64,000 nucleotides of DNA from Chrysomallon squamiferum (Eukaryota; Animalia; Mollusca), in contig CM022667.1 in NCBI GenBank assembly GCA_012295275.1, positions 3,410,001 through 3,474,000 on the forward strand, read 5' to 3'. The notes under the pieces are model-generated. The model did no database searches, was not told where the DNA came from, and saw only the letters and a program-made list of their open reading frames with translations. Below, piece by piece: positions 13,726-29,103 of the stretch. Made by a program: the position numbers and the translations under genes. Each line of letters opens with the position of its first letter. The stretch's first letter is position 1.

Positions 13726-13889
13726 TTTAAGAATTAGAAGAAAAAAAAAGGTAGTGTATTTATTCAGAACTTTTAACTTCTAATGGCGATAAAAACCTAC
13801 TTTCAAGGTCTGTCTAAAACTATTTTAATTGGTTCACTTAACTCTTTTCATAGTCTGGGTGTGGAAAATATAATAATCACATTACTGAG

Positions 13890-14088
13890 AGGGGTATAAT
13901 GGCCAGCATGATTATTTTTTTTTCACTTTGACAACTACCTCCAGCGCAGTCTGCTTGAGCTATTTGTTCAGCCACATCTCGGGTCATCTAAGGTGAGACC
14001 GTCAAATTTTTTTTTTTTACTTCTTTTGTGTCTTAGTTATTACAACTCTCTTCTTTTTATTTATTATTATTTAGTACACTTTTTTTTT

Positions 14089-14123
<35 letters not shown>

Positions 14124-14660
14124 TTTTATATTTTTTTTTCTTCTTTCACCTGTTGAAAAGCAAGCAGATAGAAATCACCACACATACATAATTGCAAAAC
14201 ATTTCTGCCAATTAAAAATCTCACTGGAGCGTCTCTCCGGGACAAACAAAGACGCTCTCTGTGTTTGTTTGATAATTGCTCCTTTCCGCCAGCCCCCTTT
14301 TCACCGACAGAACAAAGGCGGGTGATGTCAAAGGAACCATTCTTTCTCACGGCTCACAATCAAGGATTCAAACCTCATTGCGCCCGTTTGATCGGTAATG
14401 TCGGAAGAATGACACCTTTTCTGCCTGTCCTTTTGTTTGTGGTCGAGGTGGTGGGAGATCCCGTTTACAGCGCTGAGGTGCTCGTTAATGGGGTATTTCT
14501 GAGGATGTTTGATGCCCCAGCAGTTGCTCCACGGCTCCCACCAGACGTTTAATGAATATATTGAAGGGATCAGTCATGGTCGATGTTATCGGTGGGGGCC
14601 ATTTTGTAATTTCTTCTTTTCACGCTGATGAAGCATTCTGTTCATCTTTTGACTGAAAAA
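13890..14660. promoter_or_regulatory. GC-elevated non-coding island upstream of the THTPA ATG exon (enhancer or alternative promoter)
   Basis: CpG-rich complex sequence. The overlapping short ORFs resemble no protein I recognise. Confidence 0.35.
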
Positions 14661-15954
14661 TTCCTTCACAACACTTGAGAATGCAATTACCATATTTAGT
14701 GAAAACTTTCTTCTTGTTTATCTTTCTTTTTTTTTTTTTTCTTTTTTTTAAATTGAAGATTGACATATGTGTCTCATAATTATTGAGTTTTATTTTCGAA
14801 TTTAAGTAAAATAAAGTTTGATATGTTATTTGTAATCTTTAATTTTAAAAAATTTATTTATTTATTTATTTATTATATAAAAAATATTTTGTTCCGTTTT
14901 TAAAATCATTATTAGTCATGTTTATCTTTTCTTTTTCTTTTTTTTTTTGGTTAATATTGGTTATTTAAAAATTTACTCCTTTGATACTTTTAAATGTTAA
15001 AAGTAATAATACAGTCACAAAACTTTTCAGAACACCAAATAAAATAAAATTTTAAAAAGAAATTTAATTAAATCAAGTCTCTACAAGCTATTAATTCTTT
15101 CATCTCTAAAAGGTATTTAAATTACACACGTACGACTTTCTCTTTGCTTTCGTAATGAAATGCAAATTACATTTTAAACTTCATACAATTAAAAAAAATA
15201 AAACTAAAAAGAGTAAAACACGAAAAAAAAAAAGAGAAAAATATAAAAACAAATTTTGATCCTTTACAAATAATACAATGATGATTTTTGATAGATGTTT
15301 ATGTATGACCAAAGCACACTTGTCTTTGCTTCTTATAATGAAATGCAGATTAGGTATTTAAAATTGTTTTTCTCTCTCTTAAACACAGCTTTGTTTCTTT
15401 TCACTCGGTGCAATCAATGAACAGCTTTCTCAGATATACAGTTTTACGACCACTGAAAAAACATCGCTGTTCTTTGATGTTCAGATTTAGCGAGATTAAA
15501 AGTCTGCAGTTTTAATTTCAAACACTGAAAAACTCGTCTTCTCATTATGATTGTACAGAATTTAAAATCTGTCTGTGGCATGTTAACAGAGGACTGAATA
15601 CAGCACAGGTAGTAAAAGAAATAACGATCATCAACTTTCTTATCTTGTGGTTGTTATGTCAAATGTTATTGCTTAGAAATGAAAAAAAAAAAAGAAAAAA
15701 CACAAAAAACCCAAACAAACTAGACTATAACTTTGAAAATGATTTTCTATGTCATAACTTACATAAACAGTGAAGTAAAATTAATGGATTTATTATTATT
15801 TGTTTTCAATATTTTAATATTAATCTCTTAAGTATCTACAGAGACTTTGATTTTTCCTGTATTTACATGCAGAGCTACTTACAGAAAGTCAAATAATCAG
15901 ATTCTTACATTCTCAATGGCTACTGTTTATTGTTTATTGCTATCTGAAGAGAGA

Positions 15955-16520
15955 CACTGCTTCATGAAGATGGGTTTTACTATATAAAGATGGATACTGC
16001 TGTGTAAAGATGAATACTGCTATATAAAGATGTATATTGTTCTCTAAGATGTATACTGTATCTGAAAATGGCTATAACTATTTAAAAATATATCTCACTG
16101 TCCAAACTTTGATACTGCTATCTAGTTATTGCTATCTTAATGTGCATACTGTTATCTAGAATAGGGCGTTGCTATATTTAAAGATGAATATAGCTATCTA
16201 AACATGGATATTGCTGTCTAAAGATAAATTCTGCTATATAAAGATAGATATTGCTATATACAGGTGGCTATTGCTATCTAAAGATGAATACTGATATATA
16301 AAAATGGATGCTGCTATTTACAGATAGATAATGCTATCTAAAGATAAATATTGCTATATAAAGATGAGCACAGCTATTTAAAAATGGATAGTTATCTAAA
16401 TATGGATACTGCTATATAAAAATGGGCATAGCTTTCTAAATAAGTACATTGCTGTCTAAAGATGGATATTACATTCTAAAGACAGATATTCACATTCTAA
16501 AAAGGGATATTTGCATCCAA
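15955..16520. repeat. Degenerate ~20-bp minisatellite (actgctatataaagatggat)
   Basis: Recurring tgctat.taaagatg at ~20-bp spacing. Confidence 0.85.
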
Positions 16521-19024
16521 ACATGGTCAGCTAACAGTAAATATATTAACTATGGTAGAAGCCCATATTAGTATAACCAGGTCATTCAACATTTTAAAAC
16601 TGAGATATTTTCAACATGTTATTAGTAGAAGCAGGAAGCTGTTAATGCTGGTAACAAATTCAACATTTGTGATGTTACTTCTTGTTACAGTTTCAACAAG
16701 TAACAATTTGTTTGATATTTCCAGGGAGACACTGTCTAGCTCTTATTATCTGCTACTGTTACATTTTCAACAAGCAAAAATGTTATCGTTATTTTCAGGG
16801 ATATATTGTCTAGCTGTTAATTATTTGCTGTTGTTACATTTTCAACATGTGCTATTACCAAACAAACAGGTTTTTATTTTATTTTTTTATTAAGGTTTGT
16901 AATTTATGGACGTAATAAATTCCACACTGAACTCTAATATGTTATTTGCTGTCATTAAATTTTCTATAACTTTAATTAGTGAAACCTGGCCTTTGTTTGC
17001 AGGAAAGTACTGGGAAGACCTCAGCAACGCAGGCATGAAGACAACGTTTCACTTTAAAAAGATTATTTATCTTGTAACAACAGAACAAATGGATTATAAT
17101 GTAGCCAAAGAACACCAAAAAAAAAAAAAAAAAAAAAAAAAAGAGAGATAGTTTAAATAATATTTATTACAATAGCTACCTGTTAATATGCCAGAAAAGA
17201 CTTTTCTTTAAAATTCATTAAAATTGTAAGCTTGTAACAAACACAAACTGAATTTAAAAATATTGTAAAACATTTTTCTTTTGTCCTGTTATTTATTTTT
17301 TAAATATTAATGTTTTTTTTTTTTTTTTTTATGTGTGTGTGATTTTTACCTGAGTTTTTAAAATGATTTATTATTTTTAATCTCTCAACTTGCTATATTA
17401 CCGCAAGCAGGTGGCAACAAAAAAAGCATAGAAGGGAATATATTTATGAATTAACCGCCCCCCCCATGCATCCTAAAGAAACCCCACCATGTCTTCAAAC
17501 AGGTTTTTGATTTGTTGTAAATGAAAACCAATGTAGTTAAAAAAAAAAAAAATAAAAAAATTAATTTTAAGAAAAAAAAAAAAATAAAAAAAAAAATAAT
17601 AATAATAAGAGATTTAACCCACAAACATTTTAAAACCATAAAAGCAAATTTTGCACTCTGCTGGTTTTAAATGCACGTCATAATTTTCAGGAGTCTTTGT
17701 GTCTGCTTTAGCAAACGATGGAATGTGATGCCAAGGGTCAGAGGTCATCTGGCTTTCATTATAAAAAAATAGCTTGACATGACCAGGAGCAGAAACAGTA
17801 TTTAACACCATTAGCTGATGAATGGAAAATGATTTTATACCATGAGATTGAAAAATCAGTCTTCTCTTCTTCTTCTTCTTCTGATTCTTCTTCTCTTTCT
17901 TATTATTGTTAACATTATTATTATTCATATGTTCTACGGTGACAGTTTGAAATGAAGTCAGTTTAGACTTTTTTTAAGAAAACCCCCAAATAAATTTATA
18001 TTTTTTTCCTTGCTGAAACTTTATGTCTCTAAAATAACAGAATCATTTCAAAACGATACTGATAAACTTAAAAGGGAACTTAAAATATATTTCTAGTTAC
18101 TTTAAATGTCACTCATACTATGATTACACTATTTATATTATCTCTCTCACATGATTATTATTAAAAAAAATAATGATAATAAAAATAAATAAATAAATAA
18201 ATAAAATTCTGGATTCCTGAAAAGTGTTAATATTAAAACAATTACATTCTAAGGCATCTTTGAACCAAATATTCATTTATTCAGTTTAGTTACAAGCTAA
18301 CATAAAACGCACACAAACAAATCGAGGATTCATAATGTTTAAATTATTACATTTTTCCTGTCACCTACCAGAACAATACGAGATGTAATTAAACACCTTT
18401 CAGATCACTGATAGCTATCAATCATATTCTCCATTTGCTTATGTTTTATTTACCATACAATAACTTAAAATATTAATATTCAACCGTACCACTGTCAAGG
18501 ATTTCTATAACTTTCTGTTTGATTCAGTTCTTGTTACAATACATAAAAGTTTTTAAATCTTTAAAAGGTATTGAAACTACTGTTTTGATTCATTCAACTG
18601 TACATCTGCAGATAAATACATTTTTCGCCGTCAAGCGAACTTGTGAAATACTGACATATAAATAATCTAGTGCAGAGACAATGTCTTTTTTCTCTTCAGA
18701 ATTCAGGTCTGATTGACTTTAAAGGGTAATTTTTAATTAGAGAGAAACATTTTTGTAACTGAAACAGAATGAAAGAGTGTTTTTTTCATTTGGAATGATT
18801 ACTTTTGTCTTGTGGGACAAGGAACGTGTCAAATACAGAATATAAATAATTAATTATTTAATTATCGGTTTTTTTTATTTTTTTTATTTAAGCCTTAATT
18901 TAAAATATCATAGAAGTTGTAATAATTAAGCTTTGTTAGAGGCTGTCATATATAAATGAAAAATTTAATAATTAAACTTTTTAATTACTATAACTGTTAT
19001 TACTATTATTATAACTATTATTAC

Positions 19025-19058
<34 letters not shown>

Positions 19059-19371
19059 TTTTATAATCAAATAAGAAATAAAGAAGGCTGAAATAAATTA
19101 CAAATAGAAAAGGTAGTTTAATATGTTAGAATCAGATAAATAATGTTTTCCTACTGTTAGGTTTTTGTCCATTCTAACCAGGGCTCACACTATTGTATGA
19201 TCAGCAATAGATATTAAAGAGCAATTAAAAAATCACATTGAAAAATATTTAAACAGGAAACTTTCTCTGAAAACTGCTGAGAAAGAGCCAGTGCTTGTTG
19301 TAATCAAAACAATCAGTTTAATAAAATAAACACAAATAATAAACAAGTAAATAAATAAAAACACAAAACTA

Positions 19372-19380
19372 TTAATAACA

Positions 19381-19428
<48 letters not shown>

Positions 19429-19437
19429 TAATAATAA

Positions 19438-19484
<47 letters not shown>

Positions 19485-19515
19485 TAAAAAAAAATAATAA
19501 TAAAAATAAAATAAA

Positions 19516-19556
<41 letters not shown>

Positions 19557-19582
19557 TAATAATAATAATAATAATAATAAAT
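19372..19582. repeat. (AAT)n-rich microsatellite
   Basis: Seen directly. Confidence 0.95.
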
Positions 19583-19689
19583 TCATAAAAATAAATCAAT
19601 ATAAAAAAACAAAAACATGGGCAGATTAAAAGAATCGGAGATTTAAAAAAAATAAATAAATAAAATAAAATAAAATAAAAACCCCACAC

Positions 19690-21329
19690 CACACCAGACC
19701 TCTGGAAGCCATCTAACAGGAGGCGACGGTGACTAACCTGAAACTAACAGACTGGGGCTGGTCGAAGTGGCTTATTTTCTCTCACAAAATCACTGCCATT
19801 ATTTTGTTTTGCTGCTGTTAATTGAGTCCTTGCTGCAATCATGTCTCATTGTTTCTGGGCCCGAGATTGGATCCGATAGCTTCTTAACATCTTATTCTAT
19901 TGTTTAACAGTCGAAATCACCTGCCTGTCTCAGCTAATAACTCCAGTGTCTTGTATCAAAGTGTCCCCCCCCCTCCCAACCCGCCCCCACTAATAACTCT
20001 TGTGTTCCATGCGAAAGGAAAACATTTCGCATGTCCGTAGTAATTGTTTCCAATCAAGATGGTTCGGAAAATTATGCAAATGAAGAGTCGAAAAATGATT
20101 TTTTGTTTTTGTTTGTTTTTTGTTTTGTTTTTTAACCATGTATTTCTAAAAGAAGAATAAATGACCTTGTATATTTTGAATGTAACTGTAATTTGGTGAT
20201 GGTAGACCCTTACTATCATGATGATAACAGTGATGATGATGATGATGTTGATTTAATAATAATGAGGAGCATGATGATAATATAATAATAATAGGAATGA
20301 TAAACATAACAATAATAAAAACAATAACAAAAACAATAATGAAAACAACAATAACGATAACAATAATAATAATATTACAATAAAAATAAAAATGACAATA
20401 ATAATAATAATAATAATAATCATCATAATAGACCTGTTGCTCTTACTCCATTTGCATTTAAAAGCAAAAGATTCTCTGCACACACACACACACAAAAACA
20501 TGAAAGCAGATGGTTTGTTATAAAACCAGTCATGGAGCAATGATTATAAAAGTGCAAAAAAAAACACACCCACAAACATTCTAATTAATTCACAACAACG
20601 CAACATGGATTGGAAAAAAGAAAAAAAAAAAAAACGTTGCTTGAAAACAATGGGGAACAAACGTACACTCTTTTTTTTAATATTTCTGGTCTGACAACTG
20701 CATATGTACCCAAGATGTGTAACTTTGGGGAAACAAAAGATCAAAAACGTGTCTCATTTCGAAACCCGCGTTAACACTGCATGCTTCTCTGCATGCGCGT
20801 CGTCGTGGATGGCGAACCGATTCAGTCGATGAAACTGAATCGGTTTGTTTCTCGCGGAGTTACAGCTCAACAGACGAATGGACAAGAATAATAATAAAGA
20901 GCTAGTTATGCTGATGATTATGTAAGTAAAAAAAATAAATAAATAAAAAAAAAAAAAAAAGGTTAAAAAAAAATAAAAAAAAAAAAAATTATTACCTCAA
21001 ACACCTGCATGTGTATGTAAATGTGCAAGTTGATGATTTAATCACAGAAATAAAATACACAACATTTTTTTTTTTTTTTTTTTTTTTTTAAATAAATAAA
21101 TAAATGCATATAAAAATAAATAAAATGAAATAAAAGATGAAAGAGACTAAAGAAAATATAGAAGGATCATTTGAATTTAGATGGGGATAGACAGATGGAA
21201 AGACAGAGGTAGACTTATTTAAAAAAAAAAAAAAAAAAAATGAAGGCATAATCAAACTTCTCTTAACGAAAAAAACAAACAAACAACAATCCTTTTATAC
21301 TCAAGCAAAATCTTTCTACTGTGAAATTA

Positions 21330-21360
<31 letters not shown>

Positions 21361-21950
21361 AAAATAAAACGAAATAAACACTCAAAGGTAGATACTCGAC
21401 TTCTTTAATAAAACATTTCTTTCTTTTTTCTTTTTTTTTTTTTTTGGATGTTGTTTTTTTTTCTTTTTCTGAACACACTTAAACCTTTATGCAAACACAG
21501 TGGTCACTCACTACACACGCAGAGAGAATCTGTTTTGAATCGTCTTAAGTTTCAGTATTAACCAAACTGTCGTCAGAAAAAAAAAAAAGCTAATATCAAA
21601 TTCACATCCCTCCCTTTCTGTGCCGGCAAACTTCGGCTAATTACATGCAACGCCATTAGAATTGCTTTTGAAGATCGGAGATAAAAAAAAAAAAATTAAA
21701 ATAAAATATAACCCACTAACATTGGTATGTAGGTCAATCGCAGAGGTGCTCGGTGTGACCTCACCTGACCCCCACTGATAATTACACAAAGCGGGTAGAA
21801 GGTGATTAGTCCAATCAAAAAAAGGTGTGGCTTGCATTTTTCCACTCGGGGACAATCGCAGAATTGTACAGGTATTTCGTGGGGCCTGGAAAGGGTGGTG
21901 AGATAAAGTTTTGTGCATAAAGATATTATTATTTATGACGTAAATTTGAT
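19690..21950. promoter_or_regulatory. Cluster of enhancer-like islands (19690-20100, 20700-20900, 21600-21950)
   Basis: CpG-containing non-coding blocks with octamer (atgcaaat ~20074), TAAT and E-box motifs, separated by simple repeats. Confidence 0.35.
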
Positions 21951-21972
21951 AATTTTTTTAAATTGTCTGTCT

Positions 21973-22017
<45 letters not shown>

Positions 22018-24734
22018 ATTGTTTTGTAGTGTTGTGTTGTTTTTTATTTCACTAACAAACGTGGATGAAATTAATGAAATTCAAAAATAAAACTTTCATT
22101 AATTATAAATTATATATTCATAACTAAACCATATACTTTTTAAAAATTATTAATGTGGTTATCAGAATTTTGCAGATCATGTAATAACTCATTTTTTAAT
22201 GTAACTGTTCCTTCTGTTACAGCTACAACAACTGTCACTAATCTTACCACCACCACCACCATCACAATAACTGCTACTACAACTGCTATTGCTGCAGTAA
22301 TCACCACCACAATCCCGATTACTATTTACAGTAGTCATCATCGTCATTACTACTACTGCTACAATTACTACTTGCTACACTTACTACTACTGCTACAATT
22401 ACTACTTTTACTGTAACTACTGCTACTACTACTACTATTCTTACAACAATATTGAACTAAGAAGTTTTTCTAAATGTTTAATTACATATTTAAATACACT
22501 ATCTAGACTCATTATCAGGGCCAGACAAGTTATTACAGATGCAGTAATTAGTGTATTAATAATGAATTAATTATTGTTTTAATGGCAGATGTGTTAAAAG
22601 CAATTAATATAACAAGCAAGTTGTGGAAAAAAAAAAAAGAAAAGGTAAGCAAATAATCTACACGTACTGAGTTAACATACCACAAGTCACAATGTATGGT
22701 AATAAATGGATTATTCAGTTCAGTGTGATCTTGTATAAAACAGAAATTCTCTATTTAAAAAATAAATTTCTGAATTTTAATTAGCTATAAAAATGTGCTA
22801 ATGATATGGAAATTTTAAATTATAATTTCAAGCTAGAATATTGAAAAATATGAGATTTAATCTCACAAAACTAAATTAGAATATAATAAATAATAATGAA
22901 AGGAAAATAAAGACATTAAACGTTTGACTTCATACCACCCATCACACCCATTTTTTGTTTGTTTGCATGTTTATTATTAATTTTTTTAAATGGTATTACT
23001 TATAATAAACCTAAAATAAAAGGTAACACACACACACACACACATTTATTCCCATTTTAAAAAAAAAAAAATAACGTGACACAAAAACAAATTTAAATAA
23101 TTTTGTGAAAATATTCAAGACAAAAACCAGCCTGTGCGCGGGTTTAAAAATAAACCGATTTATTCTGGAGATAAAAATTAAATAAATCTTTTCTTTTCAC
23201 TTCCTGGTTTAAACTATTAGTATTACCACACCATGAACTGTGCAGTGACTTAAACTACAAAACCAAGCACATGACCACACCACACAACACAAAGTTAATA
23301 TGTGAGCGGAGACACAATTTAACATATACTTTACAGAACAGAATCTGAACAAGGGGGAAAACAAATAAAAAAAACACACGCTAAAGAACAGAAACTGAAG
23401 GGGGTGGGCGGGGTAGGAAGGATTAGAATCTGAAATACTTATCATACAAGAGAAATTCGATGGAGGGGATAAAGGGTTTATAATTCTAAATACTGTAATC
23501 TTAATGGATGATGTAAGGGAGGGTTGTATTTCTGAAAAATATAATATAGTGACCGAATGAGTGTGGTAAATGGGTGTGTCAGTAAAAAGATGTTTGGGTG
23601 GGGGTATGGAAGAATACAAATATTAATCTGAAACTTTTTTGTGATCCAAGATGAAAAAAAATAATTAAAAATACAAAATAAAAGAAAGAAGGGAAAAAAT
23701 AGATATTGAACATGCTAAGTTTTAAAATTTATGTACTTCAATTTTTGCTCATTTACAGGTTAATTCACAGTTTAGTTAGTGAAGATATCCTGAAAGAAAG
23801 AAACAAAAAAAAGTCTGCTACTACAGCAACATAGACACCCAAAAACAATCATTCACTACCGACTGCACTGGGTCTCAAAAACAAGGAATCCAAGAAAAGA
23901 AATAATAACTAATTTGCATGTTATGACTGAATGATAAATTTAGATAACATGAGCATTTGGAAAAAAAAAAATATATAAATAAATAAATATTAAAAAAAAC
24001 AAAAAAACAACTGCTACTTCTATTGCACAACACTGATATCAGAAAAGTCAAACACTTGTTGGGGTAGGACAGTTGAAAAGAGCAAAAAAAACAACAAAAA
24101 AAAACCCAACTAATGATTAATTTGCATGTGGCTACTGAATGATAATTTGCAGTTTTGCTGATTACATGTATACCACAATGAACCCTCCCTCTGTCGTAAA
24201 GATCCCCACCGATCTTTGTTTCATTATTATTTAAATTCTTTACTTTATTATTATTATTTTTTTTTTTTACCTCACAACCTCCTTTGCCCGCTTTTGTCAA
24301 TTCAGTAACGCTTATCATAAAACTTTTTTTCAATATTTCTTTTTCTTTTTTTTTATTCCTGAGAAGGATTTGCTTTCAACAGAAATAAAAAGGAAATAAA
24401 TTCATAAAACAGTCGACAAAGATCTGCAGCAGAATTAACATTAAAAAGCTGTGCACACCTCAAATCATATTATTAAAAAAAAAAAAAAACATAATTCCCA
24501 GCCAGCTTCTGCTTTTCTATCAACATTTAATAATTACTTTTCTTTTCTTTTCAGCTGTGTTTTTGTTAAAGAAAAATTCTAATTTACGCCAATACTGTCA
24601 ATTTATTTTGAAGATCAGAACTAAAGGCGTTGTGTTTTTTTTTTTTTTTTTTTTTTTCAATCAACAACTATTTTTCACACAGACACTGTTAATCCGTGTT
24701 TGTTGTAGAAGCTCACAGTCAGTTTTTGTCTGTC

Positions 24735-24769
<35 letters not shown>

Positions 24770-24770
<1 letters not shown>

Positions 24771-25260
24771 GCAGGTTCCTATAGCTATGCGGAGCTGTTT
24801 GAAAAGAATGCCCCCAATGAAAAGACTGACGTCTGTGCTACTAATTACAAAGCAGGAAAATACAATTGTGTTATTAGTAAACACACCTAGATTTCGCTGT
24901 GGCCTCCAATTACGAAGGCATCTCCGAGCGACAAATACCTCCGCACTTAAGTAGCAAAATGTCTGCCACCTTAGCCCTCTGCTGTTTTAATTACACCTTC
25001 GTTTCCACTCCAGACTTTTCAACTTTTGTCATAAAGCAAGCATGGCCAATAAAACAAGCCAGTAAATTATTATGTGGCATAATTTATAATTCGTCGAAAG
25101 GCACCAAGTGCCGTCAAGATTGTAATCAAAGTTTGTTAAAGGTATGACGAATAAAATGAACGTTAGAAAGGTTTATTGAAATGTTGTGACCTCGTTCAGG
25201 CCTCACCAGGTGAATAAATTCATAAATGATATGAAGGTGATGCTGTTGAGTTGAAAACCT
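24770..25260. promoter_or_regulatory. Enhancer/CNE-like island
   Basis: Dense AATTA/TAAA homeodomain-type motifs in CpG-containing, non-coding sequence. Confidence 0.4.
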
Positions 25261-26739
25261 TTATTAATCTTTCTTTAAATTAAAATTTGAAAAAAAAAAA
25301 AAAAAAAATTTATAGATTTAATAAGAAAAATAAACAGATCTTTGGATTTGTTTCTGTTGGATTTTTGTTTTTGAAAAGAAATATAAAAGTAAAATTAAAT
25401 ACTGTGAACTCTAACCATTAACAGGTCAATAAATTCAAAATGAAATAAAGGTCAAAAACCTTTTAATTTTCAAAATTTATAATTTTAAATTAATAAAAGA
25501 GAGTAAAAAAGTTTATAAACAGAAATGAAATGCTAGATGTGGATGTTTATGAGTAATGTGCAAGTGTAGTTTGTGTAGATAGTCTATATGTATGTATCTG
25601 TGTGTATGTGTGTATGTGTGTGTGTGTGTGTGTGTGTATGTTTATGTGTATGTGTGTGTGCACATGTGTTTATGTGTCTGTGTGGTGTGTTTAGTGTGGA
25701 ATGTGTTTGTGTGTTTGAGGATATGCATTTATGAAAAAGAAAACAAGTTTTAAAAACATTTACTTGTTAACAATCTGAAAAAGTCTTCAAAAAATATATA
25801 TATAACACAAAAACTTTGTGAACTCACTGAAGCTTTCTATAATTTTTAAAAAGATTTAAAACAGATAACTAATCAGTACCTCAGCTTAAACTGTCATTAA
25901 CTATCTATGTGTGATCTTCCTAATTAACATTACCAAAACAATAATCTTAAAAGAGATTACCTTTTTATAATAACAGTAATAATAACCACAACATTAATAA
26001 TGACTAAGATAATAATATCAATACAAGTTTCTGAAAATACGTGTTGTATGTTTTAGAGTCGGATTTCAATTTTCAATAAACTTTACCACGCTGAATTTCT
26101 TCAACTCGTTAATAACTGTACAAAATTAATCTTAAAACTAATATATTTAAAACTTTATGATCAAACTATTAACATAACTCTAATAAAATACAATAGTTTT
26201 CGCATTTGGGGAACATTAGTTTCAGAAAAACCAACATCTTATTGGCCTTTTTCTTCGTTTTCTTGGGGATTTTTTTTTGTTTTTTTTTTGAACAAAAACG
26301 TCTAAAATGTAGAATTATAAATGATTTAATGTGTGAAACTGAGTGAAGTTTTCATACATGGCTGTCAACATGAACGAGTAAATAAATCTTTTTTTTTTAT
26401 CAACTTGTTTTTAATTAAGAGAAGAAATTGAAACACAGAAAACTAAGAAAAAAATGTTTGGCAGCCTTTTGCTATTAAAATAAATGTTAATGGAAACTTT
26501 CAGAAATATGAATTCATGCAATTCCATTATGATTTTTTACTTTATTTTTATATTTTTTTATATTATTATTTTTTTAATATATTTTTTATTTAATTTTTTT
26601 TTTTTTTTTTGCAAACTGAACAAATTGATGATATTTTTGGCAAGTCATTTGCAGACTAACAATTTTTGCCAAAATCAATAGCAACGATACTGTAAGTTTT
26701 GAATAAAACTTTGAGAGAGAGAGAGAGAGAAATGACTTT

Positions 26740-27840
26740 TTGTGACAAATTAAAGACAATATTTAGCCGAGTTCATCAGAGCTAGTGTTGTCATACCCCG
26801 TTATTCATTTTCCTTTTGCAATTCTGATTGTGTGGCATCTCTCTGACATAAAATAATCATTATGAAATGATGAACGACCCTTTGCGACCCCACCGCGACC
26901 TCGCAGGAATTAATGTCACAGAGATCCCGGATGCAAAAATATTTGTTTACTCTCAATGTCTCAATTTAGGCGCAAATGACACCTCTCTTAAACAAAAACT
27001 TTGTGGACAAAAAAAAAAAAAAAAAAAACGATCGGGTCCCAGGCAGTTTTTTGACTGATCATTAAGTACAGAAATTGCGAAAGATACGCGCACCAAACCC
27101 TGATGCAATGACAAAATCTCTGGTTTGGGTGTGTGTGTGTGTGTGTGTTATTAAAGTGATTGCCCACTTCTTATTAATCTGAGCAAATTTTGCCACGCAT
27201 CCCAACTCCCAGTAACGAAATCTGACAGCGGTGGTCATTATAACATGGTCTTGATGAATAATATCAGACCAGCTCGAGCAGACTGCTCATTTTCATTTAC
27301 GAATACGCAGTATTAAATTCATCTGTGTATCAGAGAGAGGAGTTCGCTTCATTTTTTTTGGGTGGGGGATAGCTAGGGAAAGAAGGGGGAGGAAAGGAGA
27401 AGAAGGAGTAGAAGGAGGAGTAGGAGACAGGAGATCTCAACAGACAAAGAGAGAGAGAGATACTTTTGATGGCCTTCGGGCTAATGAACATTCCTCCACT
27501 TGTAAGTCCTGAAACAAACCGTGTCACTTAATGTAATAACAACATGGCCACTTCGTTTGCTCGACCTTTCGCTCATCGTGCGATGTCCTTTCTGCGAATA
27601 TGAATAGTGGCAATTAACAAGCGCATGGGTTCGCGGCTAATAATTGCCCCTGTATGAACTAATGAAGAGCGAGTCTCTCTCTCTCTCCCTGGCTTTAAGT
27701 CTTGGGCCTCGAGATGATGACTAATGGGCAAAGCTCAACGTGGCCCAGCACTTGCTGATCGTATGTAGAGATCATTACCGCGGCTTAACTTTCAGTGAAT
27801 GATCTTAATTGACCGAGGGGTGAACATCATGGCAAAATAA
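26740..27840. promoter_or_regulatory. ~1.1-kb enhancer/CNE-like island
   Basis: GC/CpG elevated, no ORF, repeated TGACA/TGTCA and TAAT motifs. Confidence 0.4.
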
Positions 27841-27845
27841 TATTT

Positions 27846-27876
<31 letters not shown>

Positions 27877-28705
27877 AACAAACTGATGTCAGGGGTGCTG
27901 ATGCTGTTATCTACATTAATTCTACATTAATTTAACTTCGTGGGTTACTTAATCAAAGTTTTTCGTTCTTAAATATTATCAAATGGAAAATTCATTTCTG
28001 AGAAGTGTGTTGTTTTATTAAGGGAAGAGCAAAAAGAAAGAAAGAAAAAAAAGAGTAAATGATAGAGAAGAAGAACAGAGAGTCTGACAGAAAGATCTGA
28101 TCGTGATTAAAGAATAATCTCAATTCCAGTTTTTGTTTTTTTTATAATACTTTGTCATCATCATCATCATGTATGTGTATTTCTAATAATGTATGATCTT
28201 ATATGTGTGTGTGTGTGTGTGTCTCTCTGAAAATGTACTATTATGTTAAAAATTTATTTCTATTGTAAACAACTGTTTTGTTTTTAAAAATTTATTTAAA
28301 CAATTTTAAGAATATAAAACGCATCTTTAGTTCTTGCACATAATTTTTATGCAGTACTGTTAAATGTCAATTTGGAACAGTAATGGAATGTCTCATTATT
28401 TTTTAAAAAAACCCAATAATAAATATTTCTATTTTTAATTTTTTATTATCGATATTTCTATTTATTATTCAAAACTGAATATTAGTTTTAACAAATATGT
28501 GTGGTGTGACAGATAATGAATGTATTGCCAGTAATTTATTAGATAAAGTCTCATTTATAATCCTTGATTTCAGGAGGACAGCCTAACATGCCAAAATTTA
28601 TTCAGTAATGTGAAATGTAACTGTAAAATCTGATAAACAACAATAATAAAAATACAAACTTAAAAAACTATTTTCTGTGATTCTGATCTGCACATACACA
28701 CACAC

Positions 28706-28741
<36 letters not shown>

Positions 28742-29103
28742 CACATTATATGTACAAACTGTTTTCTGCATTTGTTTCCTTCTATTAAAATGTCAGTTAC
28801 ATAAAAAAAAATAATATGGACATAACAGATAATAAGTACATAGGAACAGTTGATAATAAACGTAATAAAAAGAATATATATATTGGGTAGAGAAATGGTA
28901 TTTTATTTTTTAATATGTAATTAAAATGAACTGTTTTAAAAAGTTGCTGCTGCATAAAGCACAGCTGAGTAACAACAGGGTTCCTTCGTCCATTCAGTGG
29001 TCAAAGACTGTCTCGTGACAAACCAATATGTGGAGCACTCTCTGGATTGGGAAATAGAAATAACTTTATAAAGAGGTTTGTATCTTATAACAGCTCATCT
29101 ATT

